Positions 1-14,500 of a DNA stretch of 64,000 nucleotides are shown here, one piece after another. The notes under the pieces were generated by a model, which worked only from the letters and a program-made list of their open reading frames with translations, was not told the origin of the DNA and made no database searches. The stretch comes from Trichoplax adhaerens (lineage: Eukaryota; Animalia; Placozoa), in contig NW_002060944.1 of assembly GCF_000150275.1 (NCBI RefSeq), positions 5,617,102-5,681,101 on the forward strand, read 5' to 3'. Both the position numbers and the translations under genes were made by a program. Position 1 is the stretch's first letter, and every line of letters begins with the position of its first letter.

Positions 1-3000
1 CTAAATGACATAACACCACTACATTTGGCCTCAAAGCATAACAGATATGCAGCTGTAAGAGCACTACTAATGTTTAATGCTGATATAGAAGCTAAAGATA
101 CAAATTCTAATACGGCAATGCATTATGCAGCAAGAGGTGGAAATGAGAAGATTTGTGAGGTAAAACCGGAAAATATTATCGGTATTCTACTCCGCCAGTT
201 TAAATAGTGTAGTCATTAGTAGCTATTGTCGGCGCTATGAACCCTTTTAGATCATTATGTAGAATACCACCGTTAAAAATTTACATCTACAGTTATATAG
301 CGATTCTTTACTAAAGTTACTAATGTAAATCAAGACACAAAACATGCATTACCTGAAATCTAAGATTTATCGCACTTACTATACCAACGACTAGGATATA
401 AAAGTTGAAGACGACAGCTTAATTTGGAATATTTAAAAAATTATAAAGTAAAATCAGTCGCAACAACTAGTTATTGATACATTTCTATTCTTATGGTTGC
501 TCTAAGGTTAATGAGAATAAAAGTGCTTTACACTAGAATATGATTTCGTAATCAGTTATGTAATATTATGATCTTATATAGAAGATGCCTAGTATATTAA
601 TATCCTAATATACGAATACTTATCATATACCGTTTAAGTACTGTATTGTATTACATTCATAATGTACGACATCATGACCACATATAGACGACATGCTATA
701 CATATAAAGACATTATCTCAATCCCATCTAAAACCTATAAATACCCTTGTACGCTAACTCGTTAGTCAGTTCCTACGTTCCTGCTATCTCAAATACCTTA
801 TCTATAACAACCATATCATTGTTAGCCTGTAACTTGTATCTCAATAAAATCCTTTATACTTCTATCATCGTCTACCTTAAAATACTTAACGCTACTTAAA
901 GAAGATATTATTACAAGTTACTCATAGCTGTTCATAATAACACCTTACTAAAAAATACGTGGCATTATTCCCTAAGAGTCTTAAATGTTCGATTTCAACA
1001 GATCTAAAAGATAACTATTTGCATAGTATTACTAGCAACTACCATTCCAAGTAGTAAAATAAAATACTCAAATAGTTCGATTTTGCTTATCATGCTTATC
1101 AATCATCATATAGGAATTACTCAACAAGCACCCATCCTTAATTGATAATGTAAATGCAGATGAAATGACACCTTTACATTTCGCTTGCATTGCCAATCAT
1201 GAAGCAATTTGTATCTGCCTGGTAAGATATAGAATCAACTATCCAAGTCAATAGACATTAGAGTAAATATTTTAAAAGAGGTAAGAAGATAATTCAATGC
1301 CATATCCAATCAACTATTATTATAGATTGAAAGAGGAGCAGATATCTTACGTAGAACTGCTGATGGCAGTTTGCCGATTCACTTGGCTGCTAGCAAAGGG
1401 AATACTACCCTGATGGAGTTATTGTTGAGCACTGGGGAGGCAAGATATGAAGGTCGTGAAAATCATATTATAGAATGCAATCATGATGGTGCCACCGTTT
1501 TACATCGAGCAACTCAATGTGGCCAAAAAGAGGTAGTTAAGGCTATTTTAGTCTATATCTCTTCTATGATTGTTAACTCTAACACGAAATTAGTTATACT
1601 TAAGACAGTAGCTTAGTGCGTATAGCTTGATATTTATAACTGAAAAGAAGCGATAGAAATAATTTTTGTAACAAGTACCGGAACCTAACTTGTTTCGAAT
1701 TATTAGTTTGTAGCTAAATGCCTCTACTTGGCAGTATGTATCAAGGATAGTCCTGGTAAACAAATACCTTATACACTTCAAAAAACTAGTCTATAGCTTA
1801 ATTAGCGTTCGTGATTGACAATGGCTGATAAGATATAAGAAGAAAACTCTTTGCAAACAAGTGCTTTAGGTGCTTTATAAAACATTAGCCTACAGCTTTG
1901 ATATATTTAATTGACACACAACAACACCAACATTCTTAAAACTAGAGTATCTTATGCTGTATAACTGGAAAAATTAGTCTATTACAGCCTAACATGTCAA
2001 TTGATAACAAACAGCAATCTTCTATGCGTAAAATATCAACATCTACTTTAAAAAAACTAGCTTGCTTTCAAAATTCTTACTCGACAAACGGTAAGAATAA
2101 CATTTACATGCGATAAGCAATAGGCATCTTCCTTGCACGCGAAATCCTTCGATACTTCCCAAATTATTCCATAGCATAACATTCGAATGGAATAATGAGC
2201 AATAATTATCATGTAAATTTCTTCAACTATCTAACTAATCCTGCTAAATTAACTTGATAGGCTGTCATTTTTGCCTTAAATGCCGGCGCCGATACTTCCT
2301 TAAGAGATGTAAGCCTATTTTTGTTGAATTCTTAAAGAAAAAGTATCTATATTATGAACTATCAAGTCAAATGCACTTGAATATCATGCAAGAATGCGAT
2401 AGAGTTAACGAGTTGCAGTGAAGCCCTAAATAAGCTTAAGACTAAGATTATGGAATAATGCAAAAATTGATAAATTTATACGCTAGGTTGTAAGACTGCA
2501 TAGGTGTCTAATTGTGGAAGATGTTTACCGTACGTCTTGTAGTAATTTTATTGAGATGCTTATATTATGATTCTGAGATAATATTAGATAGCGTTAATTA
2601 TGCTAGTACTGTGAGATTTGTATTGTGACGCTTTAATTAGAAGTGCAAATTATGAATTGATAGCGCGATAGTAAATAGATATGAACTTATAACTTAATTG
2701 GTAAGATATGATTGTGCTTGAAAGAAAATCATTGTGTAACTAATTATATGTAAATTGTGAATATTGCTGTGATAATTCATATAGTCCAGAGACAGTCTGA
2801 TTGCAGTTAGCTAGTCCTTGGTAGTTCTAAGACGAACCTAATCTTATGTAATAAAGTAAAGTTTACAAGGAACTGTAGTTCTTTATATTTTTGAGAAGAC
2901 ACTTTATCACACTAGCTTAACCAACCAATCTACATACGATAATAGTATTGTTCTATAAAGATTGTTAATACGCGCAGTCTCTTACTTTATATCATATAAC

Positions 3001-6000
3001 GATAACTCTTGAAATTTTTTTCTTTTCAATCTTCTAACAGAAAAATGGCTATACACCATTACATATTTTAGCTATTACTGGCAATTGTGAAATTTGTCAA
3101 ATCTTGATTGATAGAAGAGCTGCTGTTGATGCTCGTGACAACGAACAGCGGACGCCATTGCATCATGCTGCATCATTGAATCATTGCGACATAGGAGAAA
3201 TTTTAGTCAATGCTGTAAGACATTGACTTAATTTACTATACAGATATTTGATTATGTTAAAAAATAAAGTAATAAAGCAGCAATACTCTCTAGTCTTCAT
3301 AATTTAGAATGAAATTTGTGAGAGTTTGACTGTTATAATCTCTATTCAGATACCACGTTTCTACAAATAGCAAAATTTTTAATTAAACTCGCATAAGATA
3401 GTAAAAAATTGCCTTGTTCTTCACCTACAGTTAGCATTTACTTTATAATAGAAAAATATTTGACTATCTGGTAATCTCTACTTAATCATTTTTTCAATTA
3501 GGGCGCTAATATTGATGCCATAGATTCAAAGTGCAAAACACCTCTAATTTATGGAATCTCCAGAGGTCGTTCAGAAATAGTTCGATATTTGCTCCTGTCA
3601 GGTAGCAAAGTTGAAGGAGTTGATGCAAAAGGCAGAAATTGCCTACACTTAGCCGTAACAGGATCCTTTGAAGATTTTGAAGTGATTGATCGTCTGCTGA
3701 CGGTAAGATAATCCACTAAATCATAATAAAAACTTTCATCGTATTGACTTTATTCTGACCCTTAAGCGGAAATTTTATACGATTAATTTAAATTTACTCT
3801 TAGCTTTATGTTTAGAAAGAATCGAAGGAGATATTAAATGCTACTGATCATCAAGGAAGAACGCCCTTTCATTATGCTTGTCATAAGGGATGCTACAAGG
3901 TTCTAGAGAGTATTGATCTAAGTGTTGCCATTGCTATCGTGATTACTTATGCTTTTACATTTCGAGCTAATAAGGTAATTTATTATACTGGATCAGATTT
4001 TCGAGAAAATGCTCCAGTTTCAGCCCAATTTATACATCGCCGATGAAGATGGCAACAACTGCTTTCATGCAGCATGCTTGTAATTTCATAGTAAACTAGT
4101 AGTAGCACTTTACTACAACATTTTAGAAGGAATCCTAAGTCATTAACATTATCCCGAACTATTCATGAAATAATTTACAGCACGATATATAATTAATTTT
4201 TCGAAGTACTTAATTATGGTATACAGTACGCTGTATGCACTAACAAATAACAAGTTATTTGTTTTCGGAGATATTTATACCTATTGAACTACTATGAAGA
4301 TTGATCACAATGATGCTTTTATCTGATATTAACAGAGCTGGACAATATGAAATTATCAAAGCATTGATCTGCCACTCTCCCGGTCTACTATGCAGCGAAG
4401 GCGAACGTAATTACACTGCTTTACATATGGCCGTAGCTTACGGTTGTCCCTTTACGGTGGAAATTCTACTAGATCGAGGAGCTGATACTTATAGAAGGCA
4501 AGTATCCATAATCTGATCATCTTTTTCAGTTTTCGAATTATTTTGCTATTAAAATTCAATATAATGAGCCCGCAGTATGTATTATAAGCCTCCTATTTTA
4601 TCTGTTAATACTTATTTATGCATTTATTGGGGGATAAATATATAACTAGGGATTGCAGCTATTCTACGCCTCTAGATATCGCTTGTACGAAAGGTTTTTC
4701 TCATATTGTTGAAATTTTAATCAACTATGGTGTAGATATAAACTCCGTTAACAAAGCTGGGGTAATATTCGCTATATCCGTAATATTAAATTGATTGCAT
4801 GTATGATATCAAACCATTTAAAAGCCAATTCATATGGTACGATTGATATAATTTACTCGAAATCTAAAGTGCCGGTACACGCACTATCTTTTCAAGATGA
4901 TATTTTATCTAAATTACCTTAGATCATGCAATTATCTTAATTTTAACTGCCAGTAACATGCAAATTCTGATCAATATTAATCAAAAGATTTTGCATATAA
5001 TATAATTTTCCTCATGATAGGAATCAGGATTGCACGTAGCAGCTCAATACGGCCATACTGAAATTATAAAGCAACTTATAGATAGCGGTGGTGATCTATC
5101 ATTAGAAAATGTTAAGGGGAAGAATCCTTTAGAAGTGGCCATCCAATATTATCAACAAGATGTCGTTACTTTGATGGTAACCTCATTAAGGTATACGAAC
5201 ATTACTACTAAATAGGAAATACAATTTATTATGTATAACTATCGATATATTTAACAAACTTTATACTAGGACATTTCTATTCGCAACTACTTACAGTAAT
5301 TATTGACTATTATTAGATTGTGAACTTATGAATCAGTATAACTTTAGTAGATTACATTGAGCGGAGTATTATACTTAATAAGCACAAACAGTACAAGACT
5401 ATTTGTGATGTTTCGAAAGATTGAGTGCCTGTCATAATCGCAAGAAATTGCAAGAGAACAATTTCCAGAAATAGTGGTCTTTATTGCCGTTATTATGAGT
5501 AGTAGTGTAAGAGCGTGCATAAATGGGGGGGGGGAACTAGCCGAATAGATATAGTAAAGCAGAATGGATGAAACTTGCAAATTTACTGTTTAACTTGTAG
5601 AACTAACTAACAAACGAGATGCTATAGACACATACAGATAGGTTTTATATAGTGAGAACCAAGGCTGCAAGAAGTTATTTATAAATGCGAATGAGTAATA
5701 AAAATAACCTACTTCTAGGTTAGGATAGTTCTATAATACAATCCAACTAGAGTATAATTAGATTTCCACCGTGTAAATTGGTAAGTGTACAGTAGATCAT
5801 ACATTCGCTTATACGATGTTATGCTACAACACAGTGGAAATTAATCTTACTAAGAATAGGCTATAGCGTATATAGAAGCATACACTACACTTCTAGTCGC
5901 TTAAACTACGAATCTAACAATAATAGCATACTTGGATTACATTCCGAATTAAAAATTTTGATAACTAATCTGCTGAATGCTAATAGCAAGGATTAATTTC

Positions 6001-9000
6001 ATAACCGATTCATCCGAAATATTAACGCGAGCACAGATATAGTAGCTACGCGTTTGCAATATTTTCCTTATTAAATTGATAACAAAATCAATCTATAAAT
6101 CATTTACGTGTGTATCCAACTATCAGGGAAAAGGATCTCTTATTAAAAGTTGGAGAAGGAGACATAACAACTTTTCAATCTATCATTCTAGCGATGCCAG
6201 AAGTAGCCGAGGTTATATTTATTATATATAAAATTTTTACTAAAACTACGTCACTATATTATAATAGCGATAGCTGGTCAATATCATATTGAGATAATCT
6301 CCACTGAAATTAACTTTTAGCAATCTTTTCTGAATATATTTATGTATTGTATGACCTATTCAATTTTACTTCTCTGCAGAACATAATGGATAAATGTATC
6401 ACAAAGATCGCCTCATCAGATATCAAAAATAAAGAGAAAATTATGGTAAATTTCATAACTGATATGCATCTTAGTATAATTAGCCTGCAGCCAAATCAAA
6501 TGACATTTTAAGCTCTTAAATACTAAAGTTGTCATCAGATTATGCAGTATTTCGAGATGTATTAACCAAGAGTCAGATTTGGTAAAGCTCTGCAACAAAT
6601 CTTTGCATAATCGCTATATTTTTTGTTTTCAATGAAAATATTATCCTTCCAAACTTGAACAATTTATTTCTTTGTAGCCTAACTTCATGTTTGTCTGTAT
6701 TTTTGCCTTAAGGTCCAATATGACTGTACATTACTTGAGCCTGGTATTGAATTTGAATATTCCCATGGAGCTCCAAATGGAATCGGTAGCTTTAATGCTT
6801 TATTGGTGAATATGAAACTTTACGTCCTGTTTATCACTACAATTTTCAATTTTTATCTATAAATTCCTTTCAGTTGAATATATGTTATAGCAGTATTATA
6901 GTTACGGTACATGTAAGTTAGTTAGTTTGTATTTTTAGCAACATTTTAAGATAAATACCAATATCAGAAGCCAAATATTAACCCAAAATCTAATAAAACC
7001 ATCTGCATCTCCATATATGCCATCTACATTAGGTATAATATTAAATTTATATTATAAATTGCTTGCTATGTATTATATTCCGTCAAGCAAGTATTTCTAA
7101 TTAAAAGCGTTATAAACGGCTATCATCGAAGTATATATGAGTATACATACAATATTCTTACCCAGCAAGAGGTGGCTAGTAAAATAAAATCAAGTACCAT
7201 AACTCGTACTGAAAGCTGAACAATGACGTACACTGAAATATTGTGAAATAAACTCTCATTTGATTGTATTCCATACTTTGTAAATAGCCTAGTGAAACAT
7301 AAAGCTAAGGAACAATGCTACTGCACCTTTCTTAGTAGTTCAATAGTATTTTAGCACATTCAGTGACGTAAGTATAGAACTGAAAGAATGATCTGGCCAA
7401 GTAACAATCATTGCATTACTTCATACCAATATTAATAATTGTTGCACTAAGGATCTCATTCTCTTAGACCATAGCAAGATCAAGTCGTACTCACTTGTTG
7501 GAGCACCCTTTATGTAGTAAACTCCTGAATGCCAAATGGTAAATACGAAATAAATAATAAAACTGATTGCATATTAGTTTATGCAAGCGTTGTACTTTAT
7601 CGTATTATAATTGTTAATAAAATTTAAGATTTTATCATGTAATGTTTATTAGATTCATTCGTAAGATTTGTATTGCTACTTTTAATAGGAGAAATTATGG
7701 TCGATTTGTTTATTTTCTAAACCTGGTCATCTATATCGCCTTTGTTTCATGCTTAGTTATGTACGCAATTAATATAGAATTGTTCTATAAAAGCCAAACT
7801 GGAAACATAATAGTGTTCAAGGGACTGCAGCCACAATCAATTATTTCGAGTGTATCAAACTCATCATCTCCTACTATAACTATTCCATTTGGCGATGGTA
7901 CGAGTAATAATATGACGTCTTTGCATCATGTAAGTCCATAAGCCAGATATTCAGTTACACGTATAAGCTTTTCATTAGTTTAAAGCATCAGGAGTAGCTT
8001 TCTTGTAATTACGTAAAGTTTAGATACAGTATGCATTTAAAAATTAGAGAATAAAGTAAACTATTGACTTGTATTGGCATTCATACACATAGCCTAGAGG
8101 CTATCCGATTGAAATTATCGCAACATTGCCATAAGCTCGTCATTTTATTTTGTTAAAATCTAGAACGAAGTGTTTTTTATTGGATCTTTATTAATTCTCC
8201 GAATCCTTATTGCTATCTTTTCGACATTGAATATTATTCGAGAAATATTTCAATTAATTCGAGAAGTAAGACTGTATACTGTAGAGCCATCAACGTTAGG
8301 TTTTTTTAAAGCTGTAATTTTCGTATCATTCACTCAAGACTTTATCTATACTAATCTTAAACGATTTTATACTTATATTCTATTCTTAAAATAAGCGAAC
8401 AGGTTATCTTATGTCCTCTGAAAACTATTTTGAGTTAGCTCTACATGTTATGGTCATCATATTCATTACGAGTGGCAACACTAATACAACTGTATGGTCC
8501 ATTGGTAGCATTGCCATCCAGATGTCAATTCTCGAATTAGTCATGTTTCTAAGAAAGTAAATTAAGAGCCTTTTTTCTGGCAACATTTCGAGTATAAATT
8601 GTATTTGATATACCGGATTAGTATTATAACTCGTCAATAATGTGAAAATTCATTTACAAATGTAGTTAGAATTTAAAATAGTACCGTATTAGAATAAATC
8701 ATAAATTTCGGTATTTAATTATATCGGTAAATAGTGAATTGACATTTATCGCGTAATTGAAGTAGCAAATGTTCATTAATAGGCTACCAGTCATTGGAAA
8801 GTATGTGCTGATGATACGAGCTATGATTGAAACCATTTTAAAGGTATGCTCATATGCAATCGCAGCTAAGATAGCATCAATCATCGTAATATAATTTTTA
8901 TAATATTAATGTAGAACGGTTTAGTTATTTAGCGTTTTACGAATTGTCAATCTGAAATGTCCACAGCTCATCACTAAAGTATTAGCCATTTTCAATTAGG

Positions 9001-10498
9001 TACTCATTATTGTACTTATATTGGTGTTTGGCTTTGCTGTCAGCTTTAATATGCTATGTAATAATCAGGTTTGTATATTAGTTATGTAGGATTCCAATTT
9101 CAATATACAGACGTACGGTCTACTTGTATTGAATCAACCTTTGTCACCAATACCGCAATTATAATTAAAGTAATGATGTAAACGTCAGTATAATCTATAA
9201 TTTTTCTCTAAATAATCATTACTAATGCTCTAAGTTTCTAATAATACCAGGCAGCATTCTACAACTTGCCTCTATCGTTTATTAAAGTCATTGATATGAT
9301 GATCGGCGAGATCGACTATAACGATCTCTTCCTAGATGGCATCAAGCGCGGAATAATTGCTTTCCCAGCTGGCGTGGTGGCATTAATTCTACTAATGATT
9401 TTCATCTTGATGATGCCGATATTAATCATGAATTTGATGGTAGCACTATTCAAAATACTTTATATTAATGAACGCAATAAGTGAATTAGGATAATTTTCG
9501 TCTTATTTATGCACAGATTGGTTTAGCTGTAGGAGACATCGCAGAAATGGAAAAGCAAGCTTCACGACGTCGATTAGTAGATTTGGTTTATTTTTTTACC
9601 GGCATCGAAAAAAGTTTGCCCAAATATTTACGTAGAAGCTGTAAATTGATCAAGTTTGCTTGTACTGAAAAGGGAGATATAGAGGTATCATATAATCTTT
9701 CATTCTAGCAGTTACTAGCCTAGGCATAAAGTCATTCTGTTGATCTCTGACACTAATTTCTACATATACTGGTTGTTACGTTTTCCAAACTCTTCTACTT
9801 TGTAATAAGGAAGATTTGATAGAAATCTCCAGACGAGTCCAGTAGAGCTAGAGTATAGAACTAAACTTTGTTGTCCTTACTATACCGTTATACAGTCGAA
9901 CAAAGCATAACAGTTTACTAACGGCATATTGCAAATATCAATAAATGCGATAACATTCTTAAAAATAAAATAACAGCCGATAATTAATTCATGATAAATG
10001 ATAATATATCAGAAACGTATTCAGGCAACTATTTTACCTATAACTTCTTCTAGGAAGTTACATACTACAGATTTTATACCTAAGTGATTGTGTTACTGTA
10101 GTCAAACAGAATAAGTGAAAGTTGAAATGAGCTTATAATATAGAAACTATATTGACATGACTAACGAAAATCTTATTTCGTAACACTGGCACAGAAATTG
10201 CAATTATGGAATATTACAAATAACTTTTACTGTTACTTTACTCGTATAATCTAAATAGGTCAATAAATTAGATGCAAACGAAGTTAGGCAGCAAAAATAC
10301 TATGAAGATATTAAGGAACAGATAGGAAAAATCGAGCGTATACTATTACAGCAGCAATTAAGGTTTATTGAAAGCAACATAGATTATCGCATTAACTGTT
10401 ACACTCATATCTTTATATCAACTTCATTTTTTAAACATTGCAGGCTAGAATCTCTCGAATCTGAATTACATTCCGTAAAAGCATCTGAATCTCCATAA
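1..10498 (+). CDS. TRPA1-like: TRPA1-like ankyrin-repeat TRP cation channel, paralog 1 (multi-exon, 5' end outside the window)
   Basis: 24 hand-spliced exons stay in frame. Ankyrin exons include <1-159 (TPLHLASKHN), 1114-1221, 1326-1532, 3041-3214 and 5021-5190. Also present: pre-S1 exon 7468-7538 (LLEHPLCSKLLNAKW), pore exon 9251-9439 (DMMIGEIDY...MPILIMNLM), S6/TRP-like exon 9517-9684 (IGLAVGDIAEMEKQA) and last exon 10444-10498 ending KASESP-TAA. NLxIGLAVGDI is the TRPA S6 signature. Confidence 0.93.
559..915 (+). mobile_element. Solo LTR of an LTR retrotransposon (copy A) in an intron of paralog 1
   Basis: 357 bp, starts TGTAA and ends TTACA. Perfect 5-bp target-site duplication AGTTA (554-558 / 916-920). 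Internal TATAAATA at 736-743 and AATAAA at 843-848 are in LTR order. A near-identical inverted copy lies at 27734-28091. Confidence 0.9.
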
Positions 10499-11429
10499 TT
10501 AAATGAAGAAAACCATTTTAATCAGTATAAGCACTGACAGTTCTATCGTATATTAATCATAGTATGCTATGTTAGTATAGATATACCCATAGAAATTTAG
10601 AATTTGCTTCGTATCTAAGCATGCTTTAGAAAAATAATATGAATTACTTGCATTGCGTATGATTAAGGAATATAATTTAAATGTTATGCATGCTATGAGA
10701 ATTATTTATATAACAACCTGAATTCATATCAGCTACTTACAAAAGATATTGTATATCATGAAATTATCTAATTAATACGTAGAAAACAAATATTTCCTTT
10801 AACGATAATTTTTCTTTAATGTTTATGTATTGTTCCGTTAGGTGAACCAAGTAGTGTGTTCAATTTTCTCAGTACTTAGAGAAAATGGCTTATTTACAGT
10901 CTGATCCAACAGAATCAGTTGATTAGCGGGTTCTAGAGCAGTTAGCACAATTCTAGTATATCAATCATGATGGCAATTTTAAGATTCTTACGTGCAACAA
11001 GGTTGACTATATCTTACTCTATTCGATATTTATACCTCACAATAAAGTTAGAGTAGTCAAGATAAAAGTCTGCTTTATTATAGCTTATAAGAATATAGGT
11101 TCATATGAGCTAGATATAATAAAAAAATGGTACCTCGATATTTATAACGTCTCACCACCTGTAGGTATCGGATTTATATACTTGAGCAACCAGATAATCT
11201 GCTACCTGCTAACGACCATGATCATAACTCTCATTCTCAAGGGCACTAAAGTGATGGAAAGGATCTAAATTTTAATGTACATTTTCATGATTTTAACGAT
11301 TTAAAATTCAGGAAATATAATAAATTAATAAAAGCTCACTATGATCGCAGTTGATCATAAAAGCTGTGAATTTATCATTAGCTAGAAATAATTAAGACCA
11401 TATTGTCGTTATTATAAACATCTTTGTCA

Positions 11430-11446
11430 TCTACCATCTGCTACCT
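11430..11446 (+). promoter_or_regulatory. Conserved 17-bp upstream element TCTACCATCTGCTACCT (paralog 2)
   Basis: Identical 17-mer at 37581-37597 upstream of paralog 4, and a partial third copy ATCTGCTACCTG at 11197-11208. Contains the E-box CATCTG. Confidence 0.5.
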
Positions 11447-11528
11447 TCTGTGAGAAGGTAATTTTACTTCTCTATAGCAATATAATAATGGAAACAGCGT
11501 TTTTATCTTACAGTATTTAATAGCAGAA

Positions 11529-14500
11529 ATGGAACCCTATTCAAAAAATTCGGGAATGCTGCGATCTACATCATTATTAAATAAAACCAAAGCTCCTTCT
11601 TCCTACTATAGCCTACAAGTAAGATATGTTACATACTGCTTATAAAAGCTAGCTATCAAATAGTCATTTTTAATACATCATAAAAATACCTGTCAGCCAT
11701 TAGCTCGTCCACTATAGAAGAAATAAAGCTAAGTGTTTGCAATATCAGCCACTGTCAAACCTTATACGTTAAACATGTTAAATTTAGACACCTACAACCG
11801 GCGATCTGCTATTCTTACGGCATGGTATCCCTGATCAAACTATCACGTATTTAATAAATGAACTAAATTCGGATCAGCTATCCCTTTTACATTATGCAGC
11901 GAAAAACGACAATGTCGAGATTATAGAATCTTTAATTGGACGAGGAGCCGGCAAGTTTATTTTCTTAGACCGTACATCATGAAATATCATTATTATGTCA
12001 AACATTAACGTCAATTTATACATTCTTCTACTTTATTTACTGAACCTGTAAATCGAAAACCATCAAATTGACTAATTTATTTTATCGGATCAATTTTAGA
12101 TATTGATATAACTGGCTTAGACAATGCAACACCATTACATTTGGGCGCCAAGTACAATAAATTTTTGGCTGTTCAAACACTTCTAGGTTACGATGCTAAT
12201 GTTCAAGCTCAAGATATCAATTTGAATACTCCATTACATTATGCTGCTATGGCTGGTCACTTAAAAATATGTGAGGCAAGTATATTCAGCTGGTAGTATC
12301 GTCAATAAGGACTCTGCTTCACTCTGTAGATATTCATATACTATTACACAGTGTATAATTTAAACTACTTTTAATTAGTAAACGTTTCGATTTTAAATCC
12401 ATTCATATGAGTATTTACACATGAACGTCAATACTAGTACAAGTCCTTAATGAATAATTCATAGCAACTTTTAAATAAGTAACTATTTAATTAGTGATCG
12501 TTTCAATTTTGGAGCTTTTCATATGAGTAATTTACTCATTAAAGACTAAAAAACTTTGATGGCCAACTAACTTTTTACCAGCGGTAGTTTCAATTTTGAA
12601 GCTTTCCACGATAGTATTTACGCACTACGAACAATATTAGTATAAAGAATTGACGACTAATTCATAAGTATTTTTAATTATGAAGTTATTAGCAAAAAGC
12701 ATTGATGACTAATTCATAATTATTTTTAATTTGTGACTGTTTCAATTTTGAAAGCTTCCTCATAAGAGCATTTAAGTATTAAGGATAACATTTGCACTAA
12801 GTAGTGACAACTAATTCATAACCATTTACAATTAGTGATTATTTCAGTTTTGAGCATTTACACTTTAGGAGAATTATAGATGGCCAACTTATAATTGTTT
12901 TTAATCAGTGACCGTTTCAATTTTGAAGCTTTCCATGAGTGCATTTACATATTAAGGATATTATTTGTACAGAGCAGTAATGACATTACAGCTGTTTCAA
13001 AGCTATAGACTTAATTCATGATATGTACAAGTGATGACTACTTAAAAACCATACAGTATTCACTAGAATATAACCCCATTTAGTCTTACCAATCATAGAA
13101 CATGGCGTGCAACAACTTACCAGCTCAAGAGACATTATAACAAATTGGAAGCAAAAGTATATCGTAGCCAAACCTTAATATTTAACTAGAATTGTTGTCA
13201 TTACCTTACATTTAAAACTAAGTGTACAAGCTACAATCTTTATCATAAGCAAGAAAAGTATGATCTTACTTGCGTATTGACTATTGCTATATGTGCTTAC
13301 AGGCATTAATCAATAGACGACCGTTTATGTTGGACGAACAAAATAAAGATAAAATGACGCCCCTGCTTCTTGCCTGTCACTATGATAGAGATTGCATTTG
13401 CAAATATTTAGTACGTTGATTATTTTGTTCGATTATTTATGATAATTAAATGCCATACTGTCACCGATACGATGTATAGCTCGAAACCATTATATTTTGC
13501 TACCACAAATTCGAAGCATCAGTACTACTGACTGTCATTTATCCGACAGATCGATCGAGGTGCAGATATTACGGCAAGAACTACAGATGGCAGTTTACCT
13601 ATTCACATTGCAGCCAGTAAAGGCAACACAGATTTAATGGAATTCCTATTAACGAGCAGAGAGGACAAATTTATTAACGGCGAAGAACAAATCGCTAGTT
13701 GCAATTATAGCGGAGCCTCAGTTCTACATCGTGCAGTACAGTGCGGACAAGAAAAGGTATCATATACTAGTAAACTACTTTTACGATTAGCTGCTCAGTG
13801 GAGCATACCTAACTGCTACCTAGACCATATCTAGGTGTAACTGTAATGGTACGCTTAAAAGAGTTAGATTTAACTCGAGGGAATAAAATTAAATTTCACT
13901 ATTAATTAATGATGGATGGACGCATATTGCCACTGAAGATACTTTTGTATATTTTAGGCAATTAAATTCTGTTTAGACAAAGTTACGGATATTTCTATTC
14001 AAGACGTAAGTTACGCCTGTAAGATTATTATTTAACACATATCAGTAAGCAATTGTATACGATATTCAATGTATTTAATACATCCGACTATTTATTCCTC
14101 ATCCCTATTAAAAAAAGATCGATATATACTCATATCGGGTTATTCTGAACTGTAACTTTGAAATACATCCCCTACTGATTTCCTACATAGTAGCTGCTAT
14201 ATCTTCAGTACTTCTCTATGTTATAATAAATAATTCGTAAACTTAATTCATATAAGATCGACTAATATATTAATTAAAAATTTTAATCTAGTTATATATT
14301 GAAATGATTCCATAATTGTAGCATGTTCAATTATCCATATTTCGTTATTGTATAAAGTAATATTGAAAGAAGAAAAACTGAGTTAAATTAAACTACCAAT
14401 AATTGAAGTACAAAAAATAAACTAGGGGCAAAATAACAGTTTATAATAACTTTAGCAATAATCTTAGCAAAATTCCTAAACGAGTGACAAAATATAGGCA

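Noticed and set aside
559-915. Interpreting the 357-bp element as a MITE
   Set aside because: The terminal inverted repeat is only ~5-11 bp and imperfect. TG..CA ends, a 5-bp TSD and the TATA-then-AATAAA order fit a solo LTR better.
1780-2070. Weak ~95-bp periodicity (aaaa.tag.cta.agc.t...attgaca) in a paralog 1 intron; similar ~75-bp duplication at 25000-25125
   Set aside because: Too degenerate to define units by eye; no functional signal.
8425-8884. Minus-strand ORFs overlapping channel exons (also 20974-21180, 29207-29416, 42751-42933, 52278-52463, 54883-55086)
   Set aside because: Antisense shadows of coding exons with no recognisable protein features.
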